The notes under the pieces were generated by a model that saw only the letters and a list, made by a program, of their open reading frames with translations, was not told the origin of the DNA and ran no database searches. Positions 28,093 to 42,000 of a stretch of 64,000 bases of DNA are shown one piece after another (positions within the stretch are counted from its first letter, which is position 1; each line of letters starts with the position of its first letter). The DNA is from Octopus vulgaris. Lineage: Eukaryota. A program made the position numbers and the translations under genes. Where the stretch lies: positions 133,176,001 through 133,240,000 of the forward strand of contig OX597814.1 of the NCBI GenBank assembly GCA_951406725.2. Direction: 5' to 3'.

Positions 28093-28554
28093 TACATACA
28101 TATACATACACACATATACATACGTACATTCTCATATTTAGTCTGTATATAAACACACTCCCTTCTGGTATTTTTCTCAAATAAAACGGTCATAGATTAG
28201 AAAGAAAGAAAGAAAGAAAGGATGGAAGGAGCATAAGTGCAATATTATTAGCGGAATGATGGTAACTTGGTACCATACAAATGACGATATCTGAAGTCAG
28301 AAGGTTGAATTATAAGCCTATAGAAGTATTTAAGTACGTATATTCTGGCGATTAATTTATTAGAGGTTAGTATGATGTATTTCCAAATATCCGAGAGGCT
28401 TTATCTGCATAAATGGACTGCAACAGTTGGAGATTCAAATAAAACTGTCATGGTTAGAAGTTATGAAGTAAATCTTCTATATATGGTTATTAGAAATTAG
28501 AATATATTTAGTGCTAAGCTTAGGGTCGTGGGTATCGATTAGTCATCTCACTTA

Positions 28555-28832
28555 AAACAAATCGACCTCAGTACTTATTTTTTAATGCTAGCACTTACTG
28601 TATCGATCTCTTTTTCAGAACTGCTGAGTTATGGAGGCGTAAACAAACCAACACTGGTTGTCAAGTGACTGTGTGCAACAAACATAAACACAAACACACA
28701 AACACAAATGCGCGCGCACATTGATATATACATGCGGGTTTCTTTCCATTTCCGTCACAAGGCTTTGGTCGACCAGGGTCCTACAAAGTAAGACTGAACC
28801 TGGAATCGTGTGGTTGGAAAGCAAACTTCTTA
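28555..28832 (-). mobile_element. Degraded SINE, same family as 17651-17865, including the tRNA-like head
   Basis: ATCGACCTCAGTACTTATT...CGTAAACAAACCAACACTGGTTGTCAAG...CACAAGGCTTTGGTCGACC...GACTGAACCTGGAATCGTGTGGTTGGAAAGCAAACTTCTTA (reverse-complement B-box GGTTCAGTC). Confidence 0.7.
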
Positions 28833-30006
28833 TTTCCCTTTTCCTGTAACTATTAAAACCATACATGCCTTTGGTTTTATAATTAATGGCCAATATAATT
28901 TACATCAACACATAGAGATAAAGACAATTTCCTGTTTGGGAATCGATCATGTTACCTTCAAATATTGATTTTCGCCTATAAATTGTTGTTCATATTGTTT
29001 CTACCCGTCAAATTCCAACAGAGAAACTGTCACAGGCATTTAAACAGATTTATAAACCCGTGTGCAAGCAAACACTGAAGAAATGTAACTTCTTGAATGT
29101 TCTGAGTACCGTACTTCAAGTGTGGACGCCTTGTTTCTCCGAACAGGCACATGATACATATATCTTCTTCATATACTTGGCTTCTCAAAATCTTCCTTTT
29201 GTACTATAGCACTGACACGCAAAGACATATATTTATACACATCGACACCTCACATGCACACAGTGACGCACAGAGGCACACACAATCACACGTGTAAGTA
29301 TAGTTAAGTAAATTGGTTATCATATGTTGGTTCTGTTGCTATCTTTGTTGTTTAGTTTCAGATTAATTCTGATTGAAGTTACGTATAATCAGATATGTTT
29401 TACCTACGATATTTCCGTTTATTCATGATTACATTATCCATCATGGCTTTCCTTTTTTAAAGACTGCAGGAAGGATGTGAGGAATCCTTCAAAGGTATTT
29501 CCTGTGACGTACACAAAAACAACTAGCATATTTATGTTTAAAATCGCATGACGAATAAATATGCAAATCAACGTTTACATATGTCTGTGAATGTATTTGT
29601 GTGTGTCTATGTGTGTGTTTGTGTGTGTGTGTGATATGGATAATATTGAGCTGCTTCAAACTCAAAATTTGGATTTTTATTTGTGCTGTACTGTTGCGCT
29701 TTAGCATATAGCGTTTATGCTATCTATATGCACCTCAGGCCAGCGATTTGAATTTGTCTCGAGGCCCACTCGAGTATACTGCATTAAGGAAATTCTGATG
29801 TCTGTCGGTTTTGCTCCCCTTTTAGCCCATTCGCTTAGCCAAAATTTGAAATATACTGCTTTTTTTTCTTTTTCTTTTTCTTTCACTCTACCTCGGTCTT
29901 TTCCTGACCAAAATACCACAGCCTTTAATAACATATATTCACGAAGTAAGTGACATCGATAACGCACACATGTGCACTTCTACACACACATACACACACA
30001 TGTATG

Positions 30007-30115
<109 letters not shown>

Positions 30116-32683
30116 GAATCTGTGGTAAATGCATTACATGAGCTGCTGCAAAATTAGTTTGAATTTGAAACCATATTTTTACAAAAAAAGTTCCTTAGTC
30201 ACAACTTTTCTCAGCGATTTGTTCATGTGACTGTGTATATGTATGTGAACGTATGTGCGCATGTATACTTGTTTCAGTGCATACAATTCTTTGTGCGTTG
30301 TGTTTGTATATGTCTATGTATTTACAGGTGTGATGACTTGCGTCGGAAATTGAGAAAATCTTTACAATTCCTAATTGTACTATCTTCTTTTCAAATATTG
30401 ATCATATAAAGACAGGTCACTACACTCAAATATTTTATTCTTGACATCACACTTAACAGTATTACATTCGCATGTGCCTCCTTCCTGGTAAATAAATTCT
30501 ATGAACCCTCTCCAAATTTTTCCTACTTGAAAGCTTCCTTTCATGTGTAGAAAAAAAATTCTGTCAGAATATAAACGATTTATTGCAAATGAGATGTTTC
30601 AACTACCTCACTCAATCAATGCCAAAATATATAATGTAGAAGACTTAGAAATAGACGTTCTGTGTGTCTGATACCACCGAGTATGTTATATCGTACAATT
30701 CACCTTCGTGTACATTATACGTACAGCGACGATGTTTTTCTTTAAATTTCAATTCTGATTTCAGTTTTCTGAAACTGTCTGCAGTTTCGAATCTCAGTAT
30801 TATTTCAAGTTAACTAACTTCACTAAATTGATATTTACAGAATCAAGAAACATAGACAAGTCTAACTACACGCTGTATTAATGTAATTACAGTGTTTTAA
30901 GAGAAATTCCATTTAAGACAACAAGTAACAGAACATTAAATTTCTTCACCTCGAAAGTTAATAGAACAATCACGCGTTGAGAATATTTCTTAATGTTTCA
31001 CCACCAGAACATATTTTTAGCTTTGCTCTTAAATAACTTCGGTGATATAATTATCACGAAGAACTGTAGTTTCTATCTACTTAGAAATCATGTGAACCAA
31101 GTAGTTCCAAGATTCGACTGCTATAACTACACAACATTCCAAGACGTATATTTTCAAAATTGGTTTGGAGAGAGGTTAGTTACACATTCTTATCGTTAAT
31201 AACTTATTCATTCGCACGTGCTATACCATGATAAGTAAATTTGTTAATATGATTGTTATTTTTCGGACCCTCATAGATTTAACATACTTCAGAATAGAAT
31301 ATGTTCCAGCTGTTGTCATTTTGTATATCCAGAACAGTATTGTCCAACACAGCTGCCTTTTTGGTAGGCTATAGTGATGATTTGTGGTGATTTGAAGGAA
31401 ATTTGACAGCATCTTCTCTTCTAGCACATGGAACTCCTATTTGCAGCTGATGAAATTATCTTACTGGTTAACGGATGACTCGCTAGCCGATTTAGGTAAA
31501 GTAATTTTTAATCAGTTGATAACGAAAAGTTGTGTGTTATCACGTATAAACATGGAAATAAATCAATAAAATATTTCATGAAATATTTTTACTGAAATAT
31601 AATCAATAAAATATGAGGGAAATCGTGATGATCTCAATTATAACAGCTGTAAATGTTAGGTATTTTAGTGTTTTGCGAGAACAAAGGAGGAATGACAGAA
31701 TTAGAATGGATAAATATGTTTTATATCTAAGATGAATATCAAACACAAAGAATATAGAATTAAATGAACATCTAAGAAAAAGAATACGTAACCAATCACC
31801 ATTATGCCTTCTTACTTTCTTCAGTGTGATAGATCAGCGTAAGAGAATGTCACGGTATACTTTGATAATCAAAACGATCACATAAGTTAGCCGAGGCAAG
31901 TCATCTTGCAAACTTCTATAGGGTTTCGTTTCGAATTTTAACTATTTTAGTTCTTTTGAATTTATATTTATACAACTTCACATTTCTCTTCCTTTTTATT
32001 ACCCTGATGCCTCGTTAAAGTAAATAAATCGTTTACATATTTCAAAAACAAACATGATAACTAAAATTAGACACAAGCTTAATTTTCTTTCTTCCAAAAC
32101 AATATTTGGAATTGAAATATTAGTATAAAAAATTGTATAAAGTATAATTTTCAAAATTGATTCATGCACATTAATTGAAACCGGCTCGCAGATTCAATTT
32201 CGCGGAGCTTCACGGAGCTACCGCAACCGATATTAACATTAATGCTGAAGAATAAAATTTCCTATTTGTTCAAAAAGTATGCTTCTTCTTCTTCTTAAGC
32301 CTAGTGAGACAGAAGCGATAAAAGATAAAGGCACAAGTATCGAATAACTAAAAGTTATAGAAAAATATACGCCAGGCTCTTTATGGTCTCAGCCAATTTT
32401 ACTAGTTTCGAAGTTTTCATTCACTTTCTTACTTAGTCATGTGGTTAATGTTTTGAAGAGTTGTTTACAGTGTTCTTGGTTAATTTTAATCTATTACAGG
32501 AAATAACTATATTGATTCAAGAAAAATGTATATAAAGACCACATAACGAGAACAGAATTTAAAACATTTTGGAGCGGAAATTCAATAGTGAAATACATTT
32601 AACGAAGTTTAGGTATTTTAGATATCCACCGCTCGTTACTTAATTTCTATATCGTTTCAATCTCTATAGTTCAGTCTAGACTT

Positions 32684-33255
32684 ATAACTAAGAATCAACA
32701 TTCCCAACAATAGCATGTGACGAAGATATACAAAACAGCAGCATAATACTTAAATCTTATGAAAATTTCCTTTTAAACACTAGAGAAATGTTTTGCGATT
32801 TTATACAGGATTTATAGCCGTAATTGTTATTCTAAACTGAAAGTCTATATTTAGTTCATAAAAAAAGTATCTGAAAACCGGCTTTGTACTGGTTCTTGTG
32901 CACTTTAGTTAACTGTGAAACTACATGAGAATACGGATGGTTGGAAGTGTCTGAAAACCTCCGCTTCGAACTTCACATCTTCAGGATGAGAAGGCTGCAG
33001 GTTATCAACAAGCTTATATCAGAGCATTTAATTGAGCTACAGACTCGCAACAATCTATAACATCAGTCTATGAAATTAGCTATAACAGTAGGTGATATAA
33101 GATCATCTGTCACTGGCACCCTGCAACCTATCTGTATTGCACTTTCTAAATCTAACAACAAAACATAAAATCAACGAATACGTCTCTGAATACGTATAAC
33201 TAAGAAACAACATTCCTAACAATGGTATGTGACGAAGATATACATGACAGCAGCA
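32684..33255 (+). repeat. ~60-bp direct repeat pair about 510 bp apart
   Basis: TATAACTAAGAATCAACATTCCCAACAATAGCATGTGACGAAGATATACAAAACAGCAGCA (~32684) versus TATAACTAAGAAACAACATTCCTAACAATGGTATGTGACGAAGATATACATGACAGCAGCA (~33195). Confidence 0.85.
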
Positions 33256-34902
33256 AACTTCAAATGTTTGCATTCCTTAGAAACAGTCCAAACTCCTGCA
33301 TGGATGCGGAATTTAGTATACATAGAACCATCATATCATACCATAAGAAGATTATTTTAATTCTGATATTATCTGAAGTCAGAATTGAACGGTAGACTTC
33401 TATGAAACCAAGACCAGAAATATCGAATTCCAAATAAACAGATGCGAACCCATGTCATAGGAATATTTGATTCTCATTTTCCTCACTGAATCATTTATAG
33501 CCTACAGCAATAAAATACCTGACTACAGTGCAAAGAAGCTGCTGAAAGACTACCTAATGTCCACATTCAAAAGGAGCAATGCTAGTCTTTAAAAGAGGAA
33601 CAACATATTGTGAACTGCTAGCTTTCGTATTTTCAGTGCAGGGAAAAAAAACGAAAACCTGTGAAAAGATACATTGAGAATATGTGCATTGCCGTAACTG
33701 AACTCTTCTATTTAAACAGGTGCATGCCCTATTTGCGTTTAATACAGCACATCAAGCATAAGCGGTCAAATTTAAATATAGTCATCATCGATTAGTAATA
33801 AGCAACTCGAATTTAACAGAGTTTGAACGAGTGGAGTGTTTGTGAATATGTACGGATAGGAATGTATGCGTCGGAGAAAGAGTGAAGGTAAAATGAGAAA
33901 AACAGAGAGAAATAAGATTATCAATTTACCATTCTAAGTTTTTCTAAAGAAATTATTTAAATGAATTTTTTTTTGTAATGTAACATTACATTAACATTAG
34001 ACTGACTTTATTAATTTTAAATGTTAACAAAGAAATAATAATTGAGAAAATATACGAAACAAAAGTGAAACTAGTTTTAATTGCATTTCTTTTTCATTCT
34101 CCTTTGTGTAAATTCAGAATACAAAGCGAATTTTTTTTTTAAAAAGTACATTTTATTGATCTTTCGCTGGAAGTTATAATGAATCACTCGTTAGAAATAA
34201 TGCCGTCAACACCTGTATGATGAAGACCAGATATCGTATTTCGTATCGTAAATCTTTTTGTCTTGTCTGTACTATTACTGGTTTAAATACCATGCTGTCA
34301 ACTGGAATGTTGTAGTTTGACGGGGCTTATATTTATAACCTTAGTAAAATGACTCACTGGTAGCTGTCTTGTATAGATGCAGGGAGAGCAGTAATATATA
34401 TTTGATTTTTCAAGTTTCGAATTACCAACAGCTGATAAGTTTGTCTGGCACTGTTTGAAATCAATCTTCTCTGACAGTTTAATGCACAAAGTTCTTTGGA
34501 AAACACAAGAAAAACATACATTTGCTGCAAAACTGTAATCAACGGAGAAACTTAGTGCTAGATAACCTGATCAAAGTAATGAATACTGTGCTGTTTGTCA
34601 AACAGCAGGAAAGTACAAGAGACAACCAAAGCCTGGCAAGACTCACCGTCTCAAGTAAGTATTGATACATGTAATAAATAATTTTAAAATATGTCGTCAG
34701 GCTACTCGAATAAATTTAAACCAGAGCTAGATTTGAAGCAAGATATCTCATATAGAAACAGCTATAACAGATCTACATAATGAAGTTCACTAGAGCTCTG
34801 CGTAGAGTGCGCTGGGACAATAAGATGTATACACCTAAACAATGACTCAAATACTCTCGAACAATAAATTGAATAAACTCCAATAATTAATTGAATATGC
34901 TA

Positions 34903-35545
34903 TCCGGTCATCCGATAAGTTATGTCCGGTTTTACGTTTTTAAAAACTGAATGAAATTTAATAGTATTTTAGAAGGTCTAATGGAATTAAAAATTATTTT
35001 TATGCATTTGTGTACATTTCAACTATTTTACAGAAGAACAGAATTAAAATTTCTTTGATTAAAACCCTTTCTAACATGGAAGTATCCAAAGAGCATTTGA
35101 GTACTAATAAGGAATCTCTGCAGCCGAAGCGACTCGAAACATACACTCAGTTTATAGGAAAGAATGCTTGAATGGAAGAATTTGTAGAAAATGGTTTAGA
35201 AAGTTCAGAAGTGGAGATTTCAGCCTTGAAGATGAAGATCGAACAGAACGTCCAGTTGGGTTTAATGATAAGCTGCTTGAGGCATCACTTGAAGAAGATC
35301 TTGCATTATCAGTTGAAGAATTGGCAATAAATCTTAGTTCAAACCATACAACTGTTTAACGTCATCTTCAATACATTGGAAAATGGGTGCCCCATGAATT
35401 GTCGGAAAGCAACCGCAAATCCCGAGTTGACATCTGCTCTTCTCTCCATTCTCCCGAACTCATTTCACCCTTTTTGGATAGACTTGTGATTGGTGACGAA
35501 AAATGGATCTATCGAAATGTTAAACAGTGGCTTCGTAAAAGGGAA
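34903..35545 (+). mobile_element. 3'-truncated mariner relic (SETMAR/cecropia-like transposase)
   Basis: TIR-like start TCCGGTCATCCGATAAGTTATGTCCGGTTTT; MEVSKEHL..; RKWFRKFRSGDFSLEDEDR..RP; WVPHELSE; FLDRLVIGDEKWI. Confidence 0.85.
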
Positions 35546-36932
35546 ATAGTTTCAAATAAGGTCATTGAAATAGTAAGATGCTCGAGTAAACGAACTTTCG
35601 TCAAATGTTTTGCCCATTCCACCACTGAAAACCTCAAGGAAAACTATCCTCAGGAGCCATACGTCACTAATTATATGAACCTTGTATAAACGTTCATTAT
35701 CATAACTTGCTGTCTGAAAAATCTCTCAAATAGAAGTTGTAGCTGCAGGTCATACTGTAGCTCGAAGGCCATGATATTCAAAATTCTTGCCAGCCATGGA
35801 CCGTACAGTATTTTCAATAAAGATCGATTCTAGGAATCAGCGGGTCAGAGGTAAATTTTAGGTGTGCCCTTTAACCTTGTTGTACATAGTATTCTAGTCT
35901 TATAAGTGATTGCACTTTTCAAAATGATTGAACAATAATTTCTAACGTTGCTACGAGTTAATCCAAATTATAAGTCGAGTATATTTAGTTGTAATCGACA
36001 TCACCATGAAACTTAAAATTAATTTATCAATATTTATTGCATTCTTGAAATTGAAAAATGCTATTTATAGATTCTAAAGAGAATTTGAAATAGACACGAA
36101 AAATACAGGTCATGTTTCATAATGCTCCGAAGCGTAGATTTATGTCTATTTAGCATAGTAAAAGTCAGGCTGTTATCAGATACACATTGTATGGTGTGAT
36201 GTGCATAAATTCATTTTCAGATTGTGGTTTATTTTAATTACATGTCAAAGAAGAATCGGTTTCGAAATTTCCTTGGATATTTGAAACAAATAAAAACGCA
36301 ACAGGTATACAGTCCTCCATACATAAATACACATTATGATATTTTATTTGTTTGTATGATATCGCATTGACGATACCGAATTTCTAGCAGACTAATCACT
36401 GGTTTGCAGCATTTATGACAGTGAATGTGACAAATGAGTATAACAAAAACCTGCTGATATCTATATCTTTCACCAATATACATCGGCGTAAGATACAAAT
36501 GAATAAATGCTTGTGTGAGCGTGAGTGTTTTAAACTTTTATATGGACTGCTAGAGTCAAACTTCACATCTACTGTCTATCATATTACCGTGCTAAGCAGT
36601 AAACGAAGGCAACATAAAACCTTCACCTATTTAAATTACAGAACCTGAACCTTCCAAGCTGTATTCGACAATTAAATGACCTGTCGACGGGCAACACAGT
36701 CCACACTATAATAAACTCTATTATTATATATGTATGTGTGTGTACGCGTGCGTGTCTCTGTGTGTCACATGTACATATAACGTGTTCAGGTTATATTTAA
36801 AGGTGTTTCATGTTTAACTTTTTTAGGAACAGCTCTGTGTTTGGAGGACAGTCAACAGCGTTGGAGAGCATGAAGATTAAAATTGTTGTTGAGAAAAGGC
36901 TAGGTAACATGAAGGGCTGGAAGCCATATGAA

Positions 36933-37037
36933 TATTATTTTCTACTCTAGCCACAAGGCCCCAAATTTGGGGGAGGGGCCAGTCGATTAGATCGATCCCA
37001 GCACGCAACTGGTACTTAATTTATCGATCCCAAAAGG
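36933..37037 (-). mobile_element. 5'-truncated SINE (core plus tail B) of the 47441 family
   Basis: TTTTCTACTCTAGCCACAAGGCCCCAAATTTGGGGGAGGGGCCAGTCGATTAGATCGA..CTGGTACTTAATTTATCGA is the reverse complement of the 47540-47655 region. Confidence 0.8.
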
Positions 37038-37286
37038 CTGATTGCCAAGATCAAAGAGGTATTCGAAGATTCTCTAAGGGACGCAGAAATGAGCGCAAGC
37101 GCCAGGTTGCGGAGCTGCTTTGAGGACGTTGTAGCAGCAGAGGGTCAGCTAGTTTGAGTAAACTATTATCTCTCAGCCATAAACTTGTTGATATATTTTG
37201 ATTTTTCAAATACTTTTATTTTTGCATGAGATAATGTTTTCATTTCCTTTTATGTAAAATGTTAATTTTAGCCCAAGTACCATGTA
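37038..37286 (+). mobile_element. 3' end of a Tc1/mariner-superfamily element
   Basis: LIAKIKEVFED..RLRSCFEDVVAAEG resembles a transposase C-terminus; ends in terminus-like ...GTACCATG|TA. Confidence 0.55.
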
Positions 37287-37329
37287 GTGATATCATTATT
37301 ACGTACATATATACATGCATAACCACCCT

Positions 37330-37978
<649 letters not shown>

Positions 37979-38299
37979 ATTTCGTAGAGGAAAGACGTGT
38001 TTGCTTTTGCTCAGTGAAAAAACAGAAAGGTTTGCATAAATCGACGAAATATTCTACTAAAAGTAACAAAAAGTAGAACTTGTTAACACATAAAATCTAC
38101 TAAAATACTTTAATTGAAAATATATTAATTATAAACGTAATATATTTCGCTTGAAGCCATATATAATACAGTAAATTTGGTTACGCATGCTAGAATATTC
38201 GCCGAAAAGCAAATTGGGACAAATCTTTTCGTGAAAGAAAATTTCTTCGTACAAGCACGTGGGTTTGGACTGTACCTTTCAAGATAAGTATCACATGCA

Positions 38300-38551
38300 A
38301 TTGTCTGTTTATTAATTTTTTAAGCTAACATCTCAGATACAATTGTTTGTTTAGTAATTTTTTAGGCTAACATCTCGGTTACGATTGTTTGTTTATTAAT
38401 GTTTTAGGCTAACATCTCCAATACGATTGTTTGTTTATTAATTTTGTAGGCTAACATCTCGGTTACGATTGTTTGTTTATTAATTTTTTAAACTGACATT
38501 TCAGTTACGATTGTTTGTTTATTAAATTTTTAAGCTAACATTTCAGTTACA
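38300..38551 (+). repeat. Minisatellite, 6 x 42 bp
   Basis: Units start at 38300, 38342, 38384, 38426, 38468 and 38510; consensus ATTGTTTGTTTATTAATTTTTTAGGCTAACATCTCGGTTACG. Confidence 0.95.
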
Positions 38552-39078
38552 TATCTTACTCTTTTTCTCATCTCCCCTCCTCCCTTTCATATCCTCCTCT
38601 TCTCTCATTTCTCTTTCCTTTCCATCTTACATCTACCTCTCCTCTCGTCACCTCACCCTCTCTCTCTTATATACTTCTCATCCGCCTATTCTTCTCACTC
38701 TGTCTCTCCCTCTCTCTCACATCCTTCATCTTGTCTCTCCTTCACTCTGTCTCTCTTTCTCTTGCTATCCTCTCCTCCCCTCTGTTTCTCTTTCTCTTCC
38801 CCTCCTCTCCTTCACTCTGCCTCTCTTTCTCTTCCCCTCTTCTCCTTCACTCTGTCTCTCCTTCTATTCCCTTCCTCTCCCCCTCCCCTACCTTCCTCTA
38901 TCTTTTTAACACACCACACCCCCTTGCTTTCCTCCTATCACCCTGTCGATTTCTTTAATAGCACCTCTCTCTTTCCTTCCTATCTCCCTCTCTCTTTCCC
39001 TATTTCCCCCCTCTGTGTTTCTCCGTCTCTACCTCTTTCTATCCCTAATTACCCCTCTAGCCTCGACTCCCCCTCTGG
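38552..39078 (+). repeat. Polypyrimidine (CT-rich) tract, probable LINE 5' UTR
   Basis: About 500 nt almost free of purines, directly upstream of ATG 39093. Confidence 0.8.
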
Positions 39079-39092
39079 ACCTCAAAACGAAG

Positions 39093-42000
39093 ATGGCACC
39101 AAAGTGTGAAAAGAAAGAGTTAAATCTTCTGCTGAGAGCATGGACAATTGCTAGTGGCGATCCGTTGAACAACATCATCACTGCCGCGCTAAAAAACAAT
39201 GGTTTTCATAGAACCATTGACCAGATAGAGCGGAAGAAAAATGAGTTTATCCGGTCTTACATGCTTATAAGACCACACATCAAAACACTGGACAACATAA
39301 TTGAAAATTATTGTGGCAAAGCTGATGAGGATGAAAAGGACGAAAAAGAGAAGGAAGCCGGAAGTCTCTGTGATCCAGAGTTTCCTTAGGAAAATGGATC
39401 ACCGACCCCGGTGAACGACCAAGTAGTAAAGGATAGGGGAGCCAAGGGAGCAGAAACTGGAAGCCCCCCTGTACCAGTGGTCCTACGAAAAATGACAGAT
39501 AGAAAAATTAGAAAAACAGAAGAAAAAAGGAAGGACCGAAAACAAAAATAAGGAGGAAAAGGAGGAAAAGGCAAAGCAACCAAAGCTGAAACCCCAACCC
39601 ACCACATAAACAGCAGAGAACCCCATGGAGGATCCAATGCCACCCAGTACACTTCAGGAAAGAAGAAATCTGGAAGGCACCGAAGAACCTGTAAGTTCTA
39701 CCTGCGGGGCAAATGTTGGCATGGTGAGGACGGCAAAAACTGCCGGTTCGCCCACCCGACACCCCGCCAGAACTTCAGGGGACTCAAAGAGAAAAACTTT
39801 ACCGAGGGAACACAAGAAATGTCTCCCAGAAAAACTTTCAAAAACGAAGTGCGCTCCTCAGATGTTCTGCGCAACGCAGCAGCTGAGCCAAGAGTCTTTT
39901 TTATGCATGGCGGAAAGAATTGTCCGGCAGCTAACCTGGTTACACCAAGCACAGAGAAGGAACCCTGCCCACCACTGTGCAAGACCACCACAGTCAACAG
40001 ACATGGGATGGCCTCCCCTAACGCCTGCACAGCCGTCACCCCAATACTTTTACTAAATATTGGGGGCCTGTTGCATCAAAATAGAAACAAAATTTCTTTC
40101 CTGAGAGATCTTACTGCATGCAATCAAGCCCTATGCATAACGCTTGTGGAAACTCACCTCAACCCTGATATAGAGGACGCAGAAGTACACATACCAAACT
40201 ATGCCATACTGCGAACAGACAGAAGGGAAAGGAGCCATGGTGGAGTTGCTGTATACATCCGAGATGACCTCACACCCCAGGTCTTGATGACATACTCAAA
40301 TTCGGTATGTGACACCTTAATTGTATACATAAGACAACATAATATAGTCATATGCATTACATATTGCCCACCGGATGCCCCAAATCACATAGGCAAGTTT
40401 GAAGATTGCCTCACAAGAATTAAAGAAATCCTCATGAATCTGGAACACCACGTGACCATATTTCTTATGGGTGATTTCAACTTCCCCAACGTCAAATGGC
40501 CCGAAGGTCACATACTCTCAGGAATGAATCATTGCAAGCAAGTACAGGTGGAGTCCCTGCTCAACCTCACCAATGCCTTATTCATGGAGCAAGTTGTACT
40601 CAAGCCAACTAGGGCGAATAACATTCTGGATCTCTGCTTCACGAACAATATGGACATCATTCATGATGTGAAAGTGAAACCGACATCAGTTTCGGATCAC
40701 AACATAATAGAACTGTCTATGTTTGGGCCGAAAGTAACCAGAGACATACAGCCTAAAGGAAGCACCCGAAATCTCTCCAATCTGAACTTCCACAAAACAG
40801 ATTGGAAATCGATACAAAAGAGATCCTCAGAGAAGACTGGCCGGAATGTCTCTCCACACCAGACATTGACATGAAACTAGAATGTTTCATGTCTTCTGTG
40901 CAAGCCGTATGCCAGAAATATGTCCCAGAGCACAAGGCCAAAACAAATAGGAGCAAGATTCCAAGAGACAGGAAGATCCTCATGTGACGACGGACGAAGG
41001 TTGCAAATCGTCTCAACCAACATCCCAAAAGAAGCGAAACGTCCCGCCTAAAAACAACACTGATGGAGATCGAAAAAAGGCTGCAACAATCCTATGTGAA
41101 GGAGAAAGCAGACAAAGAAGCCTGGGTTATAAAAAACATTAAATCAGACCCAAAGGCCTTCTTTCATTACGCGAAAGAAACAGTCTCAGTGCACTACAAG
41201 ATAGGACCCCTTCTCCAAAAGGATGGCTCCCTCACAGACAGTCCAACTATGATCAGTGAGATGCTGAATGACCAGTTCAAAAGTGTCTTTACCACCCCGT
41301 TGGAACACAGATAAGTGAACGAACCAGTGGACTTCTTTGCCACCTCACCTATAGGCGGTTACAATAGAATGTATTGACATTAGCGTAAAGAAGTCCTACC
41401 AGCCATAGATGAAGTGGACACAAACTCAGCTGCTGGTCCAGACGGTTTCCCAGCCATCCTCCTCAAAGCGTGTAAACATGCCCTGGCAAAACCCCTTAAG
41501 ATTCTCTTCCAGAGCTTTCTTGCGAATGGCAAACTGCCAAGCAAGCTGAAGGAGGGAATAATATGCTCAATACATAAAGGGGGAAGTAGAGCAGATGCCA
41601 AAAACTATAGGCCTATCTCTCTGACTTCACATATCAGCAAAGTCATGGAACGGATAGTCAGAAAGAAACTAATCGCATTCCTTGAGGAAAATAACTTGCT
41701 GAGTAATACCCAGCATGGTTTTCGACCAGGTAGGAGCTGCCTGACCCAGCTCTTACAGCATTATGACTGGGTGTTGAGGCAGTTACTCAACAAATCAAAT
41801 GTGGACGTAATCTACCTTGATTTTGCAAAAGCTTTTGACAAGGTGGATCATGGTATGATATGCCACAAACTACGTGACCTCGGCATAGCTGGAAAACTTG
41901 GAGTGTGGTTGCATGACTTCCTGAAAGATAGGAGTCAGGCAGTAGTGGTTAATGGAGCCACTTCTATGATCACACAAATAGTGAGCGGTGTTCCACAGGG

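Noticed and set aside
34290-34665. Possible decayed C-type-lectin-like exon ending at GTAAGT
   Set aside because: Stops in all frames and only a few suggestive residues.
38300-38551. Regularly spaced repeats as a CRISPR array
   Set aside because: Units are contiguous with no unique spacers, there are no cas genes, and the context is eukaryotic.
38731-39109. S/L/P/F-rich ORFs
   Set aside because: Products of the polypyrimidine tract.
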